NCBI GenBank assembly: GCA_964016885.1
Contig: OZ024740.1
Location: 228,780,001 to 228,844,000 of the forward strand
Direction of reading: 5' to 3'
Source: Eledone cirrhosa
Taxonomy: Eukaryota
DNA length: 64,000 nt
Below, piece after piece: positions 54,775-64,000 of this stretch (position 1 is its first letter; every line of letters begins with the position of its first letter). The notes beneath the pieces are model-generated. The model searched no databases. It had not been told where the DNA came from and saw only the letters and a list, made by a program, of their open reading frames with translations. Both the position numbers and the translations under genes were made by a program.

Positions 54775-56935
54775 TTTTATTCTTATTCTTCTTCCTTGCC
54801 CACTTATTCCTGAGAGGGTCGTGGGGCAGAGTCCTCAAACACTCCTTCCAGCGGGTCGGTTTTATCAGAAGCAACCGTCTCCAACTGATCCGGCTGGATT
54901 CCCAAGCGAGATCAACGAAGCTCATGAATGTTATCCCACCATCTTGCTCTGGGTCTACTCTTGTGTCTCCTCCCAAGCGAGATCAACCAAGCTCATGAAT
55001 GTTATCCCACCATCTTGCTCTGGGTCTACTCCTGTGTCTCCTCCCAAGCGAGATCAACCAAGCTCATGAATGTTATCCCACCATCTTGCTCTGGGTCTAC
55101 TCCTGTGTCTCCTCCCAAGCGAGATCAACCAAGCTCATGAATGTTATCCCACCATCTTGCTCTGGGTCTACTCTTGTGTCTCCTCCCAAGCGAGATCAAC
55201 CAAGCTCATGAATGTTATCCCACCATCTTGCTCTGGGTCTACTCTTGTGTCTCCTCCCAAGCGAGATCAACCAAGCTCATGAATGTTATCCCACCATCTT
55301 GCTCTGGGTCTACTCCTGTGTCTCCTCCCAAGCGAGATCAACCAAGCTCATGAATGTTATCCCACCATCTTGCTCTGGGTCTACTCCTGTGTCTCCTCCC
55401 AAGCGAGATCAACCAAGCTCATGAATGTTATCCAACAATCTTGCTCTGGGTCTACTCCTGTGTCTCCTCCCAAGCGAGATCAACCAAGCTCATGAATGTT
55501 ATCCCACCATCTTGCTCTGGGTCTACTCCTGTGTCTCCTCCCAAGCGAGATCAACCAAGCTCATGAATGTTATCCAACCATCTTGCTCTGGGTCTACTCC
55601 TGTGTCTCCTCCCAAGCGAGATCAACCAAGCTCATGAATGTTATCCAACCATCTTGCTCTGGGTCTACTCCTGTGTCTCCTCCCAAGCGAGATCAACCAA
55701 GCTCATGAATGTTATCCAACCATCTTGCTCTGGGTCTACTCCTGTGTCTCCTCCCAAGCGAGATCAACCAAGCTCATGAATGTTATCCCACCATCTTGCT
55801 CTGGGTCTACTCCTGTGTCTCCTCCCAAGCGAGATCAACCAAGCTCATGAATGTTATCCAACAATCTTGCTCTGGGTCTACTCTTGTGTCTCCTCCCAAG
55901 CGAGATCAACCAAGCTCATGAATGTTATCCAACCATCTTGCTCTGGGTCTACTCTTGTGTCTCCTTCCAAGCGAGATCAACCAAGCTCATGAATGTTATC
56001 CAACCATCTTGCTCTGGGTCTACTCTTGTGTCTCCTCCCAAGCGAGATCAACCAAGCTCATGAATGTTATCCAACCATCTTGCTCTGGGTCTACTCCTGT
56101 GTCTCCTCCCAAGCGAGATCAACCAAGCTCATGAATGTTATCCCACCATCTTGCTCTGGGTCTACTCCTGTGTCTCCTCCCAAGCGAGATCAACCAAGCT
56201 CATGAATGTTATCCAACCATCTTGCTCTGGGTCTACTCTTGTGTCTCCTTCCAAGCGAGATCAACCAAGCTCATGAATGTTATCCAACCATCTTGCTCTG
56301 GGTCTACTCTTGTGTCTCCTTCCAAGCGAGATCAACCAAGCTCATGAATGTTATCCCACCATCTTGCTCTGGGTCTACTCTTGTGTCTCCTCCCAAGCGA
56401 GATCAACCAAGCTCATGAATGTTATCCCACCATCTTGCTCTGGGTCTACTCTTGTGTCTCCTCCCAAGCGAGATCAACCAAGCTCATGAATGTTATCCAA
56501 CCATCTTGCTCTGGGTCTACTCTTGTGTCTCCTCCCAAGCGAGATCAACCAAGCTCATGAATGTTATCCAACCATCTTGCTCTGGGTCTACTCCTGTGTC
56601 TCCTCCCAAGCGAGATCAACCAAGCTCATGAATGTTATCCAACCATCTTGCTCTGGGTCTACTCTTGTGTCTCCTCCCAAGCGAGATCAACCAAGCTCAT
56701 GAATGTTATCCAACCATCTTGCTCTGGGTCTACTCCTGTGTCTCCTCCCAAGCGAGATCAACCAAGCTCATGAATGTTATCCAACCATCTTGCTCTGGGT
56801 CTACTCCTGTGTCTCCTCCCAAGCGAGATCAACCAAGCTCATGAATGTTATCCCACCATCTTGCTCTGGGTCTACTCCTGTGTCTCCTTCCGGCTGGTTT
56901 TGCCCGTAAAATCTTATTTGCCGATAGGTGCGAAC
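54775..56935 (-). mobile_element. Expander-like RTE 3' fragment hosting the 71-bp array
   Basis: The flanks on both sides of the array continue the sequence seen at 42790-42975 and 31515-31738 (gattttacgggcaaaacc ... ctctgccccacgaccctctca..gaag tail). Confidence 0.85.
54901..56888. repeat. Tandem array, 28 x 71 bp
   Basis: Unit cccaagcgagatcaaccaagctcatgaatgttatcccaccatcttgctctgggtctactcctgtgtctcct. No indels; about four recurrent substitution sites. Confidence 0.97.
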
Positions 56936-57179
56936 AAGACCACTGAAATTGAAACTACAATATAATGGGGAAACCAAAAATGAGAGTGATTATCAGAAAT
57001 TAAAACTATTGCAGTTAGTGTGTCATCAGGGCAAACCTATTTAGGAGTGTTTAGTTTAAAATAGATGTTATTCCAGAGTAAATGAGGTTCATTAAATTAG
57101 GAGTAACTATGATTTATTGAAACTTGTCAATGATGGCGTCTAGTTGTCGTTGTGGTTGTTGTTATTGGTGTATTACCAA

Positions 57180-57370
57180 GGGCGGTGGATTGACAGTATC
57201 GGTAGAGGGTCAGACGCCATGCTTTCCAGCATAGTTACGTCCCTTTACGATCTGAGTTCAAATCCCGCCGAGGTTGACTTTGCCTTTCATCCTTACGGGG
57301 TCGATAAAATAAAGTACCAGTAATGCACTGGGTAATTTGCTGGCCTTGTGCCTAAAGTAGAAACAGTTAT
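57180..57370 (+). mobile_element. SINE family A
   Basis: Close match to 11975-12162. Confidence 0.9.
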
Positions 57371-57994
57371 TGGTGTATTACTCAATATCTCTAGTTTTGT
57401 CGGTATTTCGTCTAGAAGACTTTGTTCACAACTCAGGACTATATGTGAATAAAGTCCTTGACATGGTGGGGGTGGGGGGCTTGTTGACATTTATGTGCGT
57501 GTGTACACGTATGTGCGCGTGTGAGCGTGAATGTATGTGTTTGTGTGTGTGTGTGTTCATATATGGCATCATTGGTGACTCACGCATCGACAGAGCACAT
57601 ACAAAGGTGTATAGGTGTACATGAATCATAAGGTATATGGGTGTGGGTGTGGGTGTTTCGTGTATGTTTGTGGGTTGTGTATGTGTCTCACATGAATCAT
57701 AAGGTGTCTGTGTGCTGTGTGTATGTAGGGGGGGGTATGTGTGGGGGGAGGGGGGAGATGCGTATGTGTGTGGGTTGTGTATGTGTCTCACATGAATCAT
57801 AAGGTGTCTGTGTGCTGTGGGGGGGGGGGTATGTGTGGGGGGGGGCGTATGTGAGTGGGTTGTGTGAATGTGTTGTTTCTACGGGCGCGCCTGTGTGTGT
57901 GTGTGTGTGGGGGGGGGGGGGGTGCTACATGTGTGATCGTAAGCGGAGGTGTTAATCCAGGTGTTGACCCAGCCAGATATGTGTGTGTGTATGA

Positions 57995-58026
<32 letters not shown>

Positions 58027-58389
58027 ACGTGCGGGTGTGGGTGGATGTGCACGTGTACGTGTGTATGTGCGAGTGTGTGTGCGTGGGTGTGTTTGAATGT
58101 GTACTTGTGTGCGTGTGTGTGTCCGAGTGTGTGTACGTGTTGGTGAGGGTGGATGTGCATGTGTACGTGTGTGTATGTGCGCGTGTGCGCGCGTGTGGGT
58201 GTAGGTGGGTGTCATGTGTGTGTGTGTGTGTGCGTGTGTGTCTGTGCGTCGTGTGTGTATATGAATCGCAAGGTATGTGCGTGTGTGCGCGTGTGTGTGT
58301 ATTACTCAATAACACTAGACTGTCACAGTAGAGTAGAGGGTAGGCTGTAGGTGATCACCTTCACTAAGTTGGTATCGTTGATAGTGAAG

Positions 58390-58575
58390 TCACATGGCTT
58401 AATGGTCACATTATTGGATTCCCAATTGTGAGATTGTGAGTTCATTTGCCGGACTGAACGATGTCCTTGAGCCAGACACTTTATTTCATGTTGCTCTTTC
58501 TGCCAGGTGTTTTGACCCGTTGATAGTATCAACAATGGAATAACCAATGGAAACATTGTTTCCTTGGTCTAATTT
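58390..58575 (+). mobile_element. SINE family B
   Basis: tggcttaatggtc..tgagttca..gtccttgagccagacactttatttc. Confidence 0.6.
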
Positions 58576-59391
58576 GACACTGTAAGTGAGTAAGTTTGGG
58601 GAAATAACTTTTTATTGGGTCAAATGTAGAGTTAAAACCGAAGAACTTGTAACTGAAAAGGGACAATTTTTATTGTAGCTAGATGACTGATATAGAAAAT
58701 GCATTGTGTGTATGAGTGTATATGTTTGTGTGTGTAAATCCATCATATCCACCACATAAAGTGATCAATGAGGTTTGGGATCTTGTTGAACGATTGCTAT
58801 CATCGTTATAACTGTTGTTTATTATAGAAACTTTTCGTGAATATTCAATGGACTATATTTTATTCATTTTTTTAAATAAAATTTAGTAAGAAAAAAATAA
58901 CTAAAGGAAAGAAAGAATAGGGAAATATAGAAAAAAAAAGAGAGAAAGAAAAAAGAAAAAGAACGGGAAAGGGAGGGGAAGGCAAGAGCTCTGGTGTCGT
59001 AGAAGAGAGGGGAGCGGTGAGGGTGAGGGTGATTGGGCTTTGGGCCTAGGCCAAGAGGGCAGAAGTGCTGCACCCCGCTGACAAGACGGCAAAACCATTC
59101 CCCCGGATGATGGCCAGTGACACCCGCTGCAACAGTCACCCGACCTCGCAAAACTGTATTAAGAAGAGTTGAAATTTATGCATGTAAGATTTTACAGCGC
59201 CAGCATCACCCCCTCATAGTCAGACTATGAACTTTTCAGCCGACTCTCCTAGATTATTTCCCGACCTTGAAAAATGAATGGTTAAGTTGACTTCGGTGAG
59301 ATTTGAACACGGAGCGTAGAGAACGAAGACTTATACCGCAAAACATTCTCTCCTGTGTTCTAACGACTCAGCCGTCTTTGTCACCTTAAAT

Positions 59392-59598
59392 CAGTGATTC
59401 TCAACCAGTGTGCCGCGAGGTCTTCCTAAGTGTGCCGCGAAATTTTGAACGGCACACTAAGAACAAAAATATTATATTTGAAACAGATAATAAATATATA
59501 TGAAAAATATTATTTTTCACATATATTTAGCCAAGTGTGCCACTATTTTTTCATGTGTTCCAAGGTGTGTTGTTGGCAAAAAAGGTTGAGAACCACTG
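59392..59598. mobile_element. hAT MITE
   Basis: TIRs cagtgattctcaacc / ggttgagaaccactg; 8-bp TSD ccttaaat/ccttaaac. Confidence 0.85.
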
Positions 59599-59807
59599 CC
59601 TTAAACAAAAGGTAGAAACGTTATTGAAATGATCAACCAAAGCCAAGATTTAACCGAACAATGTCATTGACTGGCTTGTCATTGATTAATCTCTTTTCTT
59701 GCAGAAATTACAATCTCTCCGCAAGCTGTTACCTTCTTTCGTCTTAGTAATTTCTACTTCCTCTTTTGTGTGCGAGCACACACGTATACTCAAACGCAAG
59801 CTAGTGT

Positions 59808-59866
<59 letters not shown>

Positions 59867-59868
<2 letters not shown>

Positions 59869-60127
59869 CTAGCTGAATGGCCCGGCGTTGCCCGGGTTAC
59901 TGTTGTTCTTATTCAGATTAGTAAACAATAAATATGACGATATATTTTTTTCTTAGAATTATTTCAAAATATCTATATTTTATAAAAAAAAATATATATA
60001 TATATAAATTGTAATGATAATAGAATTTAGAAATGAAAATCTGTCAATCTTGAAGCACCTCAGGGTCGAGCCATTTGAGAATGCATAAGGAAACAGACAG
60101 ACAGAGAGAAAAAGAATTGTATATAGA
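59867..60127 (+). mobile_element. Helitron/Helentron-type non-autonomous element
   Basis: Starts tactagctg..cccggcgttgcccggg (subterminal hairpin); ends (acag)n..tatatag. Confidence 0.55.
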
Positions 60128-61332
60128 GAGAGATATGTATGCATGTGTATGTGTGCGCGTGCGCGTGTGTTTTATGTTAATCCAATGAAATCTAGTTCTG
60201 TTTTCTTTTTTAAAACTTCAAGATCAATTTCAAATTTTACGAATAGTTATATAATTCCAACATTCCGTGAACTTTTCTCTAAGATCTACCCTCATCAATA
60301 TTGTATATGTAATTATAATATAATAAAGGGAGGAGTGCGGGACTGCGTCCCGAATATATTTTTTAATCCCGTTAATGAAATAAGCTAGATTACTTTGAAT
60401 AAATAATGAATGAATATTACATAATTTTTGTACTAAATTTCGTAGTTGTTGATTAAACTTAAATATTCTTATATATGATTGCTTATCTTAAGATTCACTT
60501 CTTTAAAAATGTTCAAATGTCTTAATTTCCGGTTAGCGTCCGTTATATCTTAACACTTATTACTTTGCTTATGTAAACATCCATATATTTGCATCGTTAT
60601 ATAAGGTTTCATTACATTTCACCGTGATGTAATTTATATATAATATCGTCTTTTTTAAATGTATCATGGATTGGATTACTTTACTGATTACAGAAGACAG
60701 TGTAACACAGTCTCTCTTCAATTTCTGTGTATATTGTCAATTACGACTTTATTTAATGTATCATATCTACATGTATATATATATATTTGTGTATAATATA
60801 AATATGCACACTACATATGCTAGCAGAAAACCACCCGAAGGGTGGTTTTTCTGTTAGTAAAGATATAATGATTCGGGAATTTATGTTTTCGGGTTTTAAA
60901 CCAACCAATTGGTTCGTCAGTCGCATAGAAAGCATTGTAGCATCTGTCTCATCCCACTGCGTGATTACTGTCGTGTAAAGATAATGGTTTTAGATCGTCT
61001 GAAGAGTACATCGTTTTTTAACTAGGACATGAAACTATTAATAACGGGGTTTTAATCTCCCTCATCTCCCACTCTCTGTATATATGTGTGTGCATATATA
61101 TATATATATATATAGTGAGATATATATATATAGAGAGAGAGTTAGTGAGTGAGAGAGAGAGAGAGAGAAATGGAGAGAGAGTGATTTTCCATAGAGGAAC
61201 AGGAAAAAGATCGTAGTTAAATAATGTACTTATGTATGTGTGTGTGTATGTATGTATGTCAGTGTGTGTGTATGTATGTAAGTATGTATGTGTGTGTGTA
61301 TGTATGTATGTATGCTATGTTAGGTCACCAGT

Positions 61333-61929
61333 TGGTGCTACTGGTAACAACATGTATCCCAGTACAACCTGTCTCATGGTCGGGGTCGTTGGCGACTAAA
61401 CTGGCAACCCCACCAAGGTTTCTTGGTGAGGAGGGTGACTTTGGACATCCTGCAGGACTAAAAACAAAACCAGTCAAAGGGCAAAGGAGCTCTTAAGAGT
61501 CAATGGCCATCCAAAATCACCGGGAGAGATGACCCTTAGTCTTTGTCAAGGCAGAATTCTAGGAGAAGGAAAGCTCTGATATAACACCTGCACCCTAATG
61601 GTATCCAATGATGTTGACTTGTTCTTCTTTTTGGTAAATATCATCTTGGTTAAGAGAGTGGGACTGGCTTTGTGCAGTGCCTTTGCTCACTATAAAAGCT
61701 TCACGGCACAGACATTGCTTTATATCTGGAGATCTCTCTGCACTTGTCCTCACATGGTACCATGGGCCCAGCACTATGTGTCAATAATTGTCACAAGTGT
61801 AGTGTTTTTACCAGAGTTTTCATGTCGCAGGCTGGACTAAAAAGTCACACTCGTTCAGCGCATCGGTAGGGGTTCTCCTACATGGATATAAAGTAGTGGC
61901 CGTACTCGAAAACGAGTTGGCAGCCACCA
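61333..61929 (+). mobile_element. Non-autonomous bipartite RTE derivative, copy 2
   Basis: Colinear and highly similar to 44672-45263; (ATGT)n tail. Confidence 0.8.
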
Positions 61930-61964
61930 TGTATGTATGTATATATGTATGTGTGTGTGTATGA

Positions 61965-61997
<33 letters not shown>

Positions 61998-62011
61998 TGT
62001 ATGTATGTATG

Positions 62012-62105
62012 TGCCCTTTGACAGGTTTTGTTTTTAGTCCTGCAGGATGTCCAAAGTCACCCTCCTCACCAAGAAACCTTGGTGGGGTTGCCAGTTCAGC
62101 CACCA
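62012..62105. mobile_element. Inverted head fragment fused to the 3' terminus of the same element
   Basis: 62012-62096 is the reverse complement of ~61398-61482; it is followed by cagccacc(atgt)n. Confidence 0.75.
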
Positions 62106-62121
62106 TGTATGTATATATGTA

Positions 62122-62156
<35 letters not shown>

Positions 62157-62263
62157 GTATGTGTGTATGTGTGTATATATGTCTGTATGTATTTATGTGT
62201 GATTGTGTGTTTTTGGTTATTCAGTACATAATCTAGTTTATATTCATGAAGAGGTAGTTGATA

Positions 62264-62463
62264 NNNNNNNNNNNNNNNNNNNNNNNNNNNNNNNNNNNNN
62301 NNNNNNNNNNNNNNNNNNNNNNNNNNNNNNNNNNNNNNNNNNNNNNNNNNNNNNNNNNNNNNNNNNNNNNNNNNNNNNNNNNNNNNNNNNNNNNNNNNNN
62401 NNNNNNNNNNNNNNNNNNNNNNNNNNNNNNNNNNNNNNNNNNNNNNNNNNNNNNNNNNNNNNN
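62264..62463. other. Assembly gap (200 N)
   Basis: Run of N. Confidence 1.
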
Positions 62464-62987
62464 GATAACAATCTAATGAGACCTTTAATGTAATATAGGA
62501 AAATAGACTGTATTTAAAATTAAGTATAAATATATAACATTATGTAAAAGAGATTCACTTGTATCACAATATAATGTGTATTAGAGCAAAGAATTTAAAT
62601 AATTGATACTTTCCTATATATTTTAATTTAATTTAATTAGCTAGTTACCTCCCCTTACGCATTAGCTCCCCTTAATCTTGGATCTCATACTCACTTCCGC
62701 AAATTAAACCGTTAAAAAAACTACTTGTTGAACAACTCTAATCCAACTCTAGGAATACAATAAGACCAATTTACAATCCATTGCTGTAACTAACTAAAAC
62801 ATTCAATATAAACATTAACTAAAATATAATTTAACATATGTAATGGAAAAGACAACAATAACTTTGATTTTCTCAACATACAAATTTGAACACTTCAGTA
62901 ACTATCATCACATTACATCCGCCATAAATTTTTAATACACTAACACCTTTGCTTGGTATTTTATGTGATACCTTTGCCAAACAGTAT

Positions 62988-63022
<35 letters not shown>

Positions 63023-63640
63023 TATATGCCAAATACCTTTGCTGGCTTCCTTCTCATATATATGACTAACGCATGTGCACTTTCTACACGCTTGCATATG
63101 TACTGCTAGTGTCCTCATTCTTTCTCAATGCCTCTTTAATTATTATCTGTCGCATGTATTCCACTCTGTGCTTTTAATTTGAATTTGAATTTTTGTACAA
63201 TTCTCGTATAATATATGTCGCATCCATTACACCCTGTAAATACGAAACTGTTGTTCACAACATCAATATATATGTATCTATATGATTGTTCAGTTGAATA
63301 GGAGGTTAATTATATGTACAAACATTGATAATACTCCGATGACTTGAAACGAAAGTTTGGAAGGAACGATTGTCAGCAATTAAATGATTTGAACATAATT
63401 TTGATAATTGTGTAATATATATATATATATATATTGTTATACTTTGGGAAGGTCATGCTGCCAATAAAAACACACGCAGCTGTTGGTTTTCACTTCATTA
63501 TAAATTTCCGGTCGGTTGGTTGGTTCGATAACCGGATGGTTGTTTATATATTGTCAAAGTTCTTTCGTCACACACTCTGTGACCTCTTCAGTGACTGTGT
63601 TTTTATTTTGTGTCGCTTCTTTGTTCTGTCCTACAAGATG

Positions 63641-63708
<68 letters not shown>

Positions 63709-64000
63709 GTTTTCTTTCTCTCTTCCTTTTTGGCTCTTTGCAGGGAACACCTACTAGGGACTCTCAACTTTTTCCCACGGACCCCAGCATTTTGAACTAT
63801 CTGTCTACTTAACAAGCTCTCGGATCTCCTGTAATACGTTTAGGGATACAGAGTAGGGGTCCATGTATCAATGACTGGGAGCTGCTGGTCTACATTAAAC
63901 AAATAACCACGTATAAACAAAAATACAGAAACATACAAAATCTTTGACATATATAGAACTGACTCCCACCCACCCATATGCGCACACAACACTGACACGT

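Noticed and set aside
54901-56888. CRISPR-like array or repeat-protein gene beside a reverse transcriptase
   Set aside because: No unique spacers and no cas genes. The unit is 71 bp (not a multiple of 3) with stops, and it derives from an RTE LINE.
58864-59151. GC-rich island/ORF as exon or ribozyme
   Set aside because: No recognisable motif or splice pair; the layout resembles a decayed LINE 3' end but cannot be assigned.
60990-61050. Hammerhead-like CTGAAGA...GAAAC
   Set aside because: Stems I-III do not pair convincingly; at best a decayed remnant.
63754-63887. Further hAT MITE
   Set aside because: The right TIR is too degenerate and there is no clear 8-bp TSD.

Overview
Gene-poor, extremely microsatellite-rich animal DNA. 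The SINE, LINE and MITE content suggests a cephalopod (octopus-like) genome; this is inference only. No complete host gene, rRNA, tRNA or CRISPR array was found, and most ORF-track entries are microsatellite artefacts. The window is a stack of retroelements. (1) Five 5'-truncated L1-clade Tx1-type LINEs, one with an intact 899-codon RT/zf-RVT frame. (2) A near-full-length decayed R4/Dong-type restriction-like-endonuclease (RLE) LINE plus a tandem 3' copy in (AAT)n. (3) Five fragments of two further RLE-LINE families in (TATG)n. (4) Several RTE-clade LINE fragments: Expander/Rex3-like with (GAA)n tails, and one with three C2H2 fingers and an (ATGT)n tail. (5) A bipartite non-autonomous RTE derivative. 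(6) Penelope-like GIY-YIG remnants. (7) Two tRNA-derived SINE families and mariner, hAT and Helentron-like MITEs. Most notable: several type-I hammerhead ribozyme motifs, including a well-paired one with a greatly extended stem II (530-665); apparent partitioning of retroelement families by microsatellite type, with the tails of one family serving as landing sites for others (a ~7.6-kb stack in one AAT tract); a 28 x 71-bp satellite amplified from inside an RTE LINE; and hairpin/fold-back elements embedded in (TA)n. A few isolated splice-site-bounded segments may be exons of a host gene (low confidence). Element boundaries were read by eye and are approximate.
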